A stretch of DNA of 51,236 bases, filler included, from Stramenopiles sp. TOSAG23-2 (Eukaryota): assembly GCA_900128395.1 (NCBI GenBank). It is 2 parts of 2 records of this genome, joined end to end, with 100 filler letters (N's around TTAATTAATTAA, not from the genome) between each part and the next. Parts side by side here need not be neighbours in the genome. Positions count along the whole stretch, not along the records: positions 1 to 25,595 come from LT649452.1; positions 25,696 to 51,236 come from LT649453.1. One strand, given 5' to 3'. Shown here in pieces: positions 21,549 to 32,944 of the stretch. Made by a program: the position numbers and the translations under genes. Position 1 is the stretch's first letter. The number at the start of each line of letters is the position of its first letter. The notes under the pieces were generated by a model that saw only the letters and a program-made list of their open reading frames with translations, did not search any database and was not told the origin of the DNA.

Positions 21549-22295
21549 ATGATGTGGAAAATATTCTTATTGCAAATAATTGTAACTAATGTATATTCAG
21601 TATATGCAGATCAAAGTTATTGCCAATGGAAGGTAAATGGTATTTGTAAGATTTGTACATTTAATTTACATTTATTAAATGGCACATGTGTGAAAAGTTG
21701 CCCGAATGGTTATGTGGAGAGAAAACCAAATTGGATGTTTGGATGGAAAAGAGAAATTGGTGGAAAATGTGAGATTAAAAAAGAATTAGCCATTGCAGCA
21801 ACGTGGGGTGATTCGAGTCGTGGTGGTTCTGGTGCCCCTAGTAGTGTCTTTCCTGTTAAGAAACTGTGTTGGAAATGGAGAAAGACTGACAACAATATTT
21901 CGCCAACTAGTGTTGTTCCTACTAAATCTAGAACATCGAGACGTAGGATAAGAGAACGCAGTATGACTTCAAAACTTTTTGATAAAGATCGAGAAGGAAC
22001 GACAATTTTAACTTTAAAAACCAATGAAGACAAGGAAAAGGCATCAAAAAGATTACAAACGCGAAAGATGGCAAGAAAAAATGGCACCCCAAGAAGCTCA
22101 ACAAGGAAAAACAATAATAATGTGAAAAGGGATCGAAGTTTACTAACAAAATTGGATTTTGAACAACAAGGTGCAGCAGCTGTTTTAAAGGGTCATATGG
22201 AACGAGAACGTCGAGATTCTACCATTCGGTTACAAAATCGTATTGAAAAAAGAAAATCATCAAAAGGTTCAGCAAATGATTTTGAATTTTTGTAG
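21549..22295 (+). CDS. Signal-peptide protein with a furin-like Cys segment and a basic tail; possibly an internally deleted larger gene
   Basis: MMWKIFLLQIIVTNVYSVYA signal; CKICTFNLHLLNGTCVKSCPNGY; single TWGDSSRGG RCC1-like repeat start; abrupt switch to a K/R-rich tail with two RLQxR helices. Confidence 0.65.
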   Translation: MMWKIFLLQIIVTNVYSVYADQSYCQWKVNGICKICTFNLHLLNGTCVKSCPNGYVERKPNWMFGWKREIGGKCEIKKELAIAATWGDSSRGGSGAPSSVFPVKKLCWKWRKTDNNISPTSVVPTKSRTSRRRIRERSMTSKLFDKDREGTTILTLKTNEDKEKASKRLQTRKMARKNGTPRSSTRKNNNNVKRDRSLLTKLDFEQQGAAAVLKGHMERERRDSTIRLQNRIEKRKSSKGSANDFEFL

Positions 22296-22689
22296 TGTAG
22301 AAAATAGCGTATATTTTAATTTGTTAGTAATTTAATAAATTAATAATTTTGCAACCTAAACCTTCTATATAGGGGCGTTTTAAATTTCATACTTGTTACA
22401 ATACAATACCCAAAAATATCCAAATTCTATGTCTACCTCTACACTCTACACTCTAAAAAGATGTAAAAATATATATTACAGTATTATACATTATTGTGTG
22501 AGAGAGTTGGTATATATGTTGGTAAATATATGTAGAGATCACAAAAAGTCACTCTATAGACAGAATAGACAATATTCAATTTCATATATAATATTGAAAA
22601 TTACATACTATACTAGATATCACGTATTCATATCATAATAATAATAATATTTTTTTTGAATTATTTTACCATAATTATTAACTTGAAGA

Positions 22690-23934
22690 ATGACATTAAG
22701 CAAAGAGGATAATGATGTAGAAAAAAATAAAGAAAGTTTAACAATAGCAAGGATGACTTTTTTACATCATTTACAATTCTTTATTACAACTAATGGCAGA
22801 ATGGAAATATTATTACCATTTTTCAAAAATGATACGGCGCTTTATTCCATTGCTGTGAATAATGCCATTCGAACTTCATATGTTTTATCTATTATTTTAA
22901 ATCCATTGATGTTAGAATTATCGAAAATTTTTGGACGACTAAATATTATCAATTTTGGCATATATTATCGTACTGCAACAAAATTATTAGTTTCTCTATT
23001 TCCAACTGGAAATATTGAATTGTTAACCGCGTATGCAAATGCACCTGGTGAACAAACTATCAATTCCTTCAGTGTCTATTTATCTGATATTTACAAAGGC
23101 GATGCTACTAAACTTGCAGCTGCACAAGCGCAAAAAAATGCCTATACATTTGCTGGGTTAATTATTGGGCCATTGCTTGGTGGTTTTTTAGTTCGTCAAA
23201 ATGTTCGTTTACCATATTTATTTGCTGGTATGTGTGGCTTGGGTGAAATGTATTTAAGTAACCAATTAAAAGAATATGTACCAAAAGAAGATAGAATGAC
23301 TTTTGGTGACATTGATTATTCGAAAATCAATCCATTTGGTTTTATCAAATTATTTTTATCTGGTGGAAAAATGGCAGCATTGTCTTTCATGCATATTTGT
23401 AGTCATATTAGCGGACCACGTGGATATGGAATCATGGAAGATTTATTACGTACAGAATGGTATGGAAATACATTTTCAATTATGGATAGATCATATATTA
23501 AATCCTTCTCTTCAGTTTTATTAGTAGCTGGATATGCAAATGGTGGACGTTTAGTTAAAGCATTTGGTGGTGCAAGTAAATTGTTTTTCACTTCGTCGTT
23601 AATATTAATATTGCAACGTTTATACCAATGGTTGTTTTCAAAAACATTATTTATGGATTATTTATTTCAAATTATTAATTTATCAAAACCATTATCTGAT
23701 GTTGGAAGCAATGTCATGCTACGTCAAGAAGCAAAAAGACAAAATGTAAAACCAGCAGAATTAGAAGTCATGTTAGGTAACATGGAGGAAATAACATCTG
23801 TATTTTGTTATCCTGCGTGGGCGATGGTATATGCATATTGTTTACGTAGCAATGATGTACGTAGATGGTATGGTGCATTGGCATTTATAACTAGTGTACA
23901 ATATGTATTAGGCACGTATGCAAATTCATCATGA
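22690..23934 (+). CDS. MFS transporter (TetA/DHA1-like)
   Basis: About 12 hydrophobic segments; LSKIFGR motif-A-like loop; YLSD; GLIIGPLLGGFL motif C; INPF linker. Confidence 0.85.
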   Translation: MTLSKEDNDVEKNKESLTIARMTFLHHLQFFITTNGRMEILLPFFKNDTALYSIAVNNAIRTSYVLSIILNPLMLELSKIFGRLNIINFGIYYRTATKLLVSLFPTGNIELLTAYANAPGEQTINSFSVYLSDIYKGDATKLAAAQAQKNAYTFAGLIIGPLLGGFLVRQNVRLPYLFAGMCGLGEMYLSNQLKEYVPKEDRMTFGDIDYSKINPFGFIKLFLSGGKMAALSFMHICSHISGPRGYGIMEDLLRTEWYGNTFSIMDRSYIKSFSSVLLVAGYANGGRLVKAFGGASKLFFTSSLILILQRLYQWLFSKTLFMDYLFQIINLSKPLSDVGSNVMLRQEAKRQNVKPAELEVMLGNMEEITSVFCYPAWAMVYAYCLRSNDVRRWYGALAFITSVQYVLGTYANSS

Positions 23935-24220
23935 GAAGAGAGAGTATATTTTTAATTTTATTATTAATTTTTATTTAAAAAAAAAAAATAGGGAGAACCG
24001 TACAGCGGGGGAAATGTGTCCCTTCAGTTGATATAAAAAAACACAGAGGGCATCATATGAAATATATTTTTTATTATTTTAATTTTAATGTTTTTTTGAA
24101 AAATTACTCGTACCAAGAACGCACATGTGCGCGCGCGCACACACCGGACACCAGATCTTTTTTCTCTTTTCCTCCTATAGCTCCTCCCACCTCAAAGCGC
24201 AAAAGAAACACTTTTTTTTT

Positions 24221-25057
24221 TTAGTCTTCTTTTAATAAAGCTAAATCATCATCTTCTTCCTCCTCGTTATTATTATTACTATTATTGATGTTATTATTGC
24301 CTTTTACAGGTGTACCTAATCGTTGTTGTCTCCTTGCTTCCTCTTCTTTTTCAATTTTTCGTCGCTTTTGACGATACACATCCATTTTTTTCCTGCAATA
24401 CATGATTAAACCGATGAACATAAGCATTGTAAACCAACCCCATATAAATACAGCCGTCGCAGCCATTGTAAATCGTACAGGTGCACTTTCAGAACATAAT
24501 CCTTTAACTGCATTTAATACGAAAACCATTCCAACGCAATTTGTTACGAATTCACCAAACGCTATGAAATACAACAGGGACCATTGTGTTTTTGTTCTTG
24601 GTGCCCCACGTACACATGATATCCAACATACTAAACATGCTATGCCACCGTAACATGTCATGATGATACAATAATCTAATAATGGTTGGTTTTGTGGGCA
24701 TACAGCATTTTTCTCCCACATTTCAGATCGCATTAAACCAATTGTATAAAATATACAAAAAAAACATAACACTGCTAACGTTGCTAATGCTAATGCACCT
24801 TCCTGTTTCATCGATGCTCCACTGCGTACATATGATAATTGATTTTCCAGATAATTTCGTCGTAAGAAATATCTTGGATTGCCTACAAAATAAACAATAC
24901 CATGCATCCACACCCATTCTGGATGAGGCACTTTCTTCGAATTTTTCTCACCAGGTATAATATTCCTCATATTTTTTCTATTTGGATGTCCATCTTGTGA
25001 TAATTCAAAATGTCCACCCATAAACAATAAAAATATCAACATCAAATAGCAAAACAT
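24221..25057 (-). CDS. Hypothetical four-to-five-TM membrane protein with luminal Cys residues and a charged tail
   Basis: Hydrophobic helices; CPQNQPL and CSESAP loops; C-terminal coiled coil and acidic tail. Confidence 0.75.
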   Translation of the reverse strand: MFCYLMLIFLLFMGGHFELSQDGHPNRKNMRNIIPGEKNSKKVPHPEWVWMHGIVYFVGNPRYFLRRNYLENQLSYVRSGASMKQEGALALATLAVLCFFCIFYTIGLMRSEMWEKNAVCPQNQPLLDYCIIMTCYGGIACLVCWISCVRGAPRTKTQWSLLYFIAFGEFVTNCVGMVFVLNAVKGLCSESAPVRFTMAATAVFIWGWFTMLMFIGLIMYCRKKMDVYRQKRRKIEKEEEARRQQRLGTPVKGNNNINNSNNNNEEEEDDDLALLKED

Positions 25058-25595
25058 GGTATATTGCTTGTTGTTGTTTGTATGTGTGTCTCTTATATTT
25101 ACGTCGTTATATAAATATATTCACGTATCTCTATATCTTTGATATGATGTACGAAATACAACAAATAACAAAATAATATAATATATAATGAAAACTTTAA
25201 AAATGGATAATGACGTGTGGTCAATAATGAATGTGTAATTTTCTTATTCGAGTTATGTATAGTCAAAGGTAGGGTGCTACGTGCAGATAACGAAATTCGT
25301 TGTGTAATGAATATTATAATACAATATGTATACACACCTCTCTCCACTGATACACAATCTGTGTATATATATCTATCTATATCTATCTATTTATTAATTA
25401 ATTATAAAAAATGTGTACGTGCCGCCGCCTTCTCTTAATTAAATTAAAATGGACAATAGTTGGCAATGGTACACCAGTATACTAACGACTACGACTCGGT
25501 CCCCTTTCACACTAATAATATTAATATATTGTCTTGCTATATATAACCTTATTATAGATTATCGATATAGTGCTGATGGATGATGGAGTGTGACA

Positions 25596-25695
25596 NNNNN
25601 NNNNNNNNNNNNNNNNNNNNNNNNNNNNNNNNNNNNNNNTTAATTAATTAANNNNNNNNNNNNNNNNNNNNNNNNNNNNNNNNNNNNNNNNNNNN
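25596..25695. other. Artificial contig spacer (44 N + TTAATTAATTAA + 44 N)
   Basis: Exactly 100 nt and symmetric; the palindromic 12-mer places TAA stops in all six frames. Confidence 0.97.
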
Positions 25696-26229
25696 GGGCT
25701 GGAAAAAAAAAGTTGAAAAAAAAAAAAAAAAAAAATTTTTCGCCATCTTTAATGTAGATAACTCTATGATAAATAAAATAATTTTTACGGTATTGGCCAT
25801 ACGAGGATTATCCGCTTTAGTAATACTATTCCCATATTAAATTTTGTTTAAGGTGTTTGTATTTTCACCACCAAGAAATTAAAATATGAAAAAAAATATA
25901 GACGTTATAATTTTTATTGGGTATAGAGTATGGAGACGTACACATTTTAATTCTTATTTTAAAGTAGGTAAGAGATATATATTGTAAGACAGTGCATGGA
26001 TATATGTGTTATGCGTGCCTTTAACACATCTACTACAACATTGTCATCATCCGTAAATAATTATAATCACATGTTCTGAGATTAGATAGTAGTACATCCA
26101 TTATCATCTTCATCATCTCTGTGTGGCTTTTCTGATTAGACATATAATACTTCATCATCATCGTTTCCGTGTGGGACTTCTCGATTATAGAGAGATACAT
26201 CAACATTCATCATCATCGTCATATCAACC

Positions 26230-27980
26230 ATGGAACGACGAAACAATAACAATACATCCGTATTTCCAAGAATTAAATTTAATAATAATGTTGTGAAACA
26301 TACATATGATCATACTACCTCCCCCGTTCTACACCGTTCGACGATATTAATCACAGATACAATTACATTAAAAGAAAAGAAAATGAAAATGAAAGGAAAG
26401 AAAAAGCATTTGCCAAAATTAGAATTAATTAATCATGATTATCAACATGCAAAACCAGAAAAACCATTTTATGCTGTTACGAATGATATGGATAATCTTA
26501 CAGCGGAAGAACGTGCAATATGTAAAATAGATAAATTGAAGTCGAAATGGAATAAGAAAGACAAGAAAAGGAAAGCAATGCAGAAACAGAAGTTAGAAAA
26601 AGTAATGTCGATGTCTCAATCTGTATTATTTGGAACCGTTGGGACAGAAAAACGTACGTTGCAACATGAAACAAAGGAAATCAATCAATTAATGAAAACA
26701 GACCCCGAATGGTCCCCTAAAAGACGTAAACGAAATATTAAAAAACGACGTAGTCCAAAGAAAAATAAAATAGAATCAATATTAGGTAAATTGCAATTAG
26801 ATTCAAATCAAATTGAACGATTAAACTTTGTATTAAACGTCGCTTGTTTAATAAAATATTATATTTTGGAACGAAAGCATTGCGGCAATTATACCATGTA
26901 CGCAGAAAAATAAAAAAAACCATCATTATACAAACATGTTGGAGAATGTATCTAGCAAAAGTAAAATTACAATATATGAAAACAATAGCAATAACTGATG
27001 AAAAAAATAGAAGTTTAGAGGAAGATTTACATATTCATGTAAATTTAAGAAGAATACAAAATGGCAATGAATTGCGTAAAAAAATATTAAAGAAAACAAA
27101 ATTCAAAACAATACGAATGGTAATGAAAGAAATTCGTAAAAATAATAAAGTACCTAGAAAACATTTCAATCAATATAGAAAATCAAAAAGCATGATGGAA
27201 AATAAGATCATTTCACCTATAAACCAAACTGTATATTTAATTGTAAAAAAAAGCCATGAGGAAACGAATAATAATAATAAAGATGATTATTACAGTAAGA
27301 AAAAGAAAAGGAAAATTATGAAAAAATTAAATTTAAAACGGAAACCAATTGTTGGTATACATTTTGATTATATTCAATTGATATATGAAGCTTTTTTATC
27401 TTATGATTTTGAAGAAACTGGCATGATAACATATGAAAATGGATTATCAGTATGTAAATTGTTCATACCAAATTTGAAAGTAAAATCGTTTAATACGTTT
27501 TTCAATGCAAATAGATTAGATAGTAGAAGGGGGTTGGTAATATCATTTGCAACATTTTCATATTGGTTATATAATATGATCGTAGATAAACGAATATATA
27601 TATATAACCGATTTGTACAAAGAACGGCTAACATCAAGCGATGGTTTAAACATACGTTTATATATAGTCGATTTAGAACAGAAGCAAGAAGGAAAGTTGT
27701 ATATTTTCATGAAGAAAATGAAATTATTTCAAAATTTGAAAAGGAATTTAGAACTTACAAACCACCAAACCATGAATGTAAAATATGTGCAAAACCATTT
27801 GCATTGTATCAACATAAATTTTATCATGAAACCTTACACCATAAACATCAGCACCCAAATGATCATTTGTATTTAAAGAATAGAAAAAAAATGAAAACGG
27901 AGAAATATACTCAATTAGATTTAGATTTAATTGAAGTCGTATCGAAAATTATCGGAGCAATGAATGTTGGAAGTGAGTAG
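26230..27980 (+). CDS. Basic protein with IQ motif, EF-hand-like region and C2H2 zinc finger; split over two frames
   Basis: Overlapping ORFs 26230..26913 and 26844..27980, the second without its own ATG at the start; IIIQTCWRMYLAK, AFLSYDFEETGMIT, CKICAKPFALYQHKFYH. Confidence 0.7.
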
Positions 27981-28391
27981 AAGGGGGAAGGGAAAGGGCA
28001 GCAATGTAAAATAAATACAAATCAACGTAAAATGTGTGCGAGTCGTGAAAAAAAAGAAGTGTTTAACAGTTTAAAATTCAAAAAAATATTATAATATAAA
28101 AAAATATATCAAAATAAAGTCCGTCTTTGTAGAGTAAAACATAAAAAAAATTATATACGAGTAGAAGCACACTTTTTTTATTAAATCTGTGTTGGGTGTT
28201 GGTGCAGTGCACCACACAACACACACACACACTGTGTAACGTACATATATAAATATATGAAAAGAACCTTTTTCATTATGAAAGAGGTTCTAATTCGCAC
28301 ATACAATTTTTGAGGCAAAACCACATGTATAATGTTAAAACATGAAATAATGAAACTATGATCTGGGTAAACTCTTCCATATATATATTCT

Positions 28392-29618
28392 CTACCTTGG
28401 TGTTAGTCTTTGTTGTACTCTTACTTTTGCCATGTGTGCGTAATGTTTAATATGTAACATTTGATCAAAATTTGCCTGTGTAATTGATCTGTTTTCTTCT
28501 TCTGCAGTAATTTCTATTTTTTCGTATTCAGGTTTTTTAGTAGTAGTTCCTAAATATGGGTGCAATAATACTTCATCCGCAGTTGGTCTTTCATCTGGAT
28601 TTTTTTGTAATAAAAATTGTACAAACTCTTTCAAATCTGCATTTTCATCAAAAATTTTATGATTATAATCAATCTCGCCTTTTTCAATTTGATCAAATAA
28701 AGCTGGTATTGATTTTGCCCGAAAAGGAGGGTGCCCAACAGACATCATGTACAGTGTTATTCCAGCTGACCATATATCATGTTTTTTGGCATGAAATTTA
28801 CCTTTTTGAACCATTTCTGGTGACATGAAATGTGGTGTACCTGCTGTATTACCAACTAAATCTTCTTCTCTACAACCGTCATTTTCAAACATTTGGGATA
28901 CACCAAAATCAGTTACCTTTACTGTACCATGTTTATCTAACAACATATTTCCAGGCTTTATATCGCGATGCGCTACTTCTTGAAAATGCAAATAGGATAA
29001 AGCTTTAAATAAATCTATCATATATTTTTTCGCTGTTGCAATAGGTAACGGGTCAACATTTTCACCTTCTGGCAAAACTTGTCCACGAGGCATGATTTCC
29101 GATACTAAATAACAATGATGATGTTCATCATCATCAATCACTTCTACTAAATTTACAACATTTGGATGCGTTACTTTTTTCCATACTGCAATTTCTTTTT
29201 TCAACAATTGCAATGCATTGGAAAAACGCCCTACGCGTTTTCTTTTCAACCGTTTTTTATCCATAACTTTTATTGCAAATGTTTGTTTCTTTCCAAGTAA
29301 ACCATTTACTTCCCCTATAAATACTTGTGCGAAACCACCTCTACCAAGTAATTTACCAATATGATATTGGTTGACTTGTAACACTTGATCCGTTTCTTCA
29401 TCATGCAATTCATTTACTTTCCCCGTTTCCAATGTATTGCGTATAACAACTGGACTATTTGGTGCTTTTGGTTCTACACCTGTTTCTAAAATATCAATTA
29501 AAAAATCATATACATTAACCGGTTTATGTAAGGTAACATGTTGTAATAAATTATGTAATAATTTTTTAATTTCTTTTTTTTTCATATAATCATTGATCTG
29601 TGCTTGTTCACTCATCAT
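28392..29618 (-). CDS. CAMKK-like Ser/Thr kinase with N-terminal RIIa/Dpy-30-like docking domain
   Basis: LGRGGFAQV, AIK, EIAVWKKVTHPNVVNLVEVIDD, HRDIKPGN, DFG, GTPHFMSPE; N-terminal YMKKKEIKKLLHNLLQHVTLHKPVNVYDFL. Confidence 0.92.
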   Translation of the reverse strand: MMSEQAQINDYMKKKEIKKLLHNLLQHVTLHKPVNVYDFLIDILETGVEPKAPNSPVVIRNTLETGKVNELHDEETDQVLQVNQYHIGKLLGRGGFAQVFIGEVNGLLGKKQTFAIKVMDKKRLKRKRVGRFSNALQLLKKEIAVWKKVTHPNVVNLVEVIDDDEHHHCYLVSEIMPRGQVLPEGENVDPLPIATAKKYMIDLFKALSYLHFQEVAHRDIKPGNMLLDKHGTVKVTDFGVSQMFENDGCREEDLVGNTAGTPHFMSPEMVQKGKFHAKKHDIWSAGITLYMMSVGHPPFRAKSIPALFDQIEKGEIDYNHKIFDENADLKEFVQFLLQKNPDERPTADEVLLHPYLGTTTKKPEYEKIEITAEEENRSITQANFDQMLHIKHYAHMAKVRVQQRLTPR

Positions 29619-30217
29619 TGCGTTGCCTCTCTCTCTATATCTATATATATATATTGTATTGTCCGCCGTCTATCGTTTTGTATTTTTCTACTTTGTAATT
29701 TCTCTTGCCTAAAAGTGTTTTTCTATACGATGAATTCTTTTATTGGGGCTTTAGGAATTAATAATAACGGTTGTTGAAGAATGTTCAAAACCCTCAGGAA
29801 AAGCTTATCTCAGCCATATTTTGTACTTGAACGTTATTACATAGCAAATTAGAATACCAATAATAAATTATAAAAATATTATAAAATATAATTTCTTGAA
29901 TTGATTGATGAAATGGATTTATTGTTTATTGAAAACTACATGTATGGGGTAGAGGTACTCTGGACACCAGAGATTTTCCTTGCCAGTATTCTGAGGTGAT
30001 GCGGGGGAAAGTGATATATATGAGACATTTCTTAATTCCATTCCAATAATAAATCCAATCTTCCCTGTTATTTATTGAATTGCATCTATCTCTTTTATTG
30101 TTATTCATATTTCTTTAATAGGATCACGTAATTGAAAGGTTCTTTTTTTTTTAAATTTTTTAGTCAAAATAATTTCCCTTTTTGTTTTTTTTTTAATAAC
30201 ACACAGGAAGATAAAGC

Positions 30218-32654
30218 ATGCCATTTGCTGCATTTTATCACGTTGCCGAAGCGAAAAAAAATACTTTGTCACCAACAAAAAAAAGAAAACAACCATTATT
30301 CATACAAACGAATGGTAATAATAATAATAATAATGAAGAAAATTCATCGATATATATTGAAAAACGTATGCGGGACAGAAAAGCTGCTATGACCGAAGGG
30401 GAAATAACAATTTCAGCCTTTTTAAAAACATTTTTTTTATATGAACTTCCCCCACCATTTATAGGTGGATTCTTATGTAAATTAATAGATGGTGGAAATG
30501 CAGCAGCTGGACGTTTACTTACTCCCCCATCCAATACTCCAGTTGGGTGGTTTGCCTATTTATTTGCCAACTTTGTTGGTGGGAGTGCTATTTGGGCATG
30601 TATATTAGCGTTTATGTTAAAAACGGACGAGGAGACAGAATGGTCTATTGTCGAGCCTCTACAAATGATAGTATATTATGTTTTGTGGAAATTCACACTA
30701 TCTGCAAAACATGCATTGAGCAATAAATTAGATCACCGCGGACTCTATGGCATGAATTCAGGTAGATATATTAAAGCAAGACGTTTAGAACGTAAGTCAA
30801 TTTGATTCCCCAATACCTAGAAAAAAAAATATACCCTTCCTAACACATAACTCACTCATATACGCTACGCTCTACATTATAGGTATGCAATTTGCCTGCT
30901 GGGTAATGGACAACGGAAGCAACCAGCCAGGTGCTGTATTGGAAGAATTATATACAGCAAGTTTACGAAACGATTGTGATTTAAGTAAACTTCATTTTGA
31001 TGTAGGTAGTGAAACAATAGCACGTAATATTACAAAACATGTTGTGAGGTGGAAATTAAAAGCTGCAACGTCATTAGTATTTCAAGGAAAAGAAAAAGAT
31101 ATCCCAACGTGGCATCCACAACATCCGAACCATATTAATATGAAAGTGTTGAAGAATTATCGTGATCAAAAATTACAAGAAATACAAGAAAAACAACAAG
31201 AGCAAAGCATCAACATCATATCATCATCATTACCTACTATTGATAATGTGGAGACAAATGATAATGCATCATCGGTAAAGAGAGAAAATAACAATATTGT
31301 TGTTGAAAAAACAATTGAAATAAAAAAAGATGAAGAAGAAAAAGAGAATAGGATAAAAAATAATACAAATCCTTACCTTGTTAAGAATAATAAAGAAGAA
31401 GAAGGTGGTAAAACAATGGATGATGGTGAAAATAAGTCAATATCGTCCATTTCTTCTATTACTGATGAAATATTATTACCAACTCTATCTGTATCAAAAT
31501 ATGCTGAAGATGATAATTTTTGCTTATTTCGTGAATATTTTAAAAATACAAATGATCCAAATTGTGAATATGTTGAAAATTTATTACAACAAGGTAAAGT
31601 ACCTGCATCGTATGTTTGTTTTTTAATTGGTGTAGAAAATTGGAGATCTGATATGAATTTAATGGGAAAGGCCAATGGATGTATGGTTATATTAGTATTC
31701 TTAATGGCATTTATGCCGGCAATTTGTCGTGCTATATATACAGATGAACACCTTGCCTTTGGTAAATCTCAAAATGCGCAATATGTATTTGGTTTTGGAT
31801 TTGTAGGCTCCTTATTTCCTATATTTTTACTTTTTGGGTATTTAATCAATTGTTCGTTAGAAATGAATTTTCGTTTTAAAGCATCTAAATTTATGAAAAA
31901 TATTTTATTGCCAGAAGGAGCTTATGTGATTGGAGCTACTTTTGATTTTGAGCAGAAAAAAAAGAACAAAGAAACCAAGAAGAAGCAAAAGAATGGGATA
32001 CGAATACGTGTAAGTTTAAGGCAATCTTGTAATATTGTTGCATGGGCTGCAGTTAGAGAACTTTGCCATGGTGCTGCATTTTGTCCTTTTATGCACGCGA
32101 AAACACAAGCATATGTTGCAAGTTCATTTGCTGCTGCTATTTTAGTTACATCAGTTGCAAGTTTCGGTGCAGCTTTGGTTGGTGACTCTGGTGGTGGAAT
32201 TACAGTCTCATTACCAGCCGTCATCAATTCATTCGTATTCAGTGTTGGATTAGGAATATATGTTTTGCTTGCATATCGTGTAAATTTTTCTACAAGGTAT
32301 CAAAGGCAAGAAATAGCAAAAGCACGTTTAGCAGTACTTGCTGAAATTAATGATTTAGAGAAACGATTAGGAGATGCAATGTTGTCATTGGGAAACCATA
32401 ACAATAATAATAATGGGAATACATCATCTCCGGAAATCATAGAATTGAATCGACAAATCAATTCAATGCATCATTGTTCCATGTTATTACAAGTGACTGA
32501 TAAACAAACGACTGTTAGTGACCATGCAAATCCAGTCAAAGCAATGGGGTTAGTAGCTGATCCTGCCGTCTTATCTATTATGCTATCGATTTTAGCAGCA
32601 AGTGTATGGCTTGAAATACAAAAAATCAGCCGTGCAGTGACAACTACTACTTGA
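30218..32654 (+). CDS. Two-exon 781-aa multi-pass membrane protein, PHTF-like 7TM ion-channel candidate
   Basis: Exons 30218-30791 and 30883-32654 join in frame (GAA C|GT ATG); seven hydrophobic segments; NIVAWAAVRE and NPVKAMGLVADP motifs resemble the PHTF C-terminal region. Confidence 0.75.
30792..30882 (+). other. Spliceosomal intron, 91 nt, phase 1
   Basis: GTAAGT donor, CCTAAC branch-like motif near 30839, TAG acceptor; removal fuses two ORFs in frame. Confidence 0.88.
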
Positions 32655-32944
32655 AAAAAGGTGGTGTAAATAAAATAATATTTAACAAGTGAAAGAAAAA
32701 TATATTTAGTGTACACACACACACATTTAAAAATCATAAAATATATTATACGTATATATATATATATATATATACGACCAGCTCTATACAATTTTTCCCT
32801 CTTTGTTAAAGAAAAATAATAGCGTGTGTGATTTATCCTCTCTTTGTTTTTTATTTCGTACCGAATATTATAAGTAATCATTTTAAATATAAAAAAACAA
32901 AATATTATTATCATATATAATTATTTTGCTTCCCCATCATCATT

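Noticed and set aside
25640-25651. TTAATTAATTAA palindrome as a biological site
   Set aside because: Centred in a symmetric N spacer; it is a synthetic six-frame stop linker
26786-26800. 15-nt GT...AG micro-intron
   Set aside because: Very short and a multiple of 3, so it cannot repair the frame break
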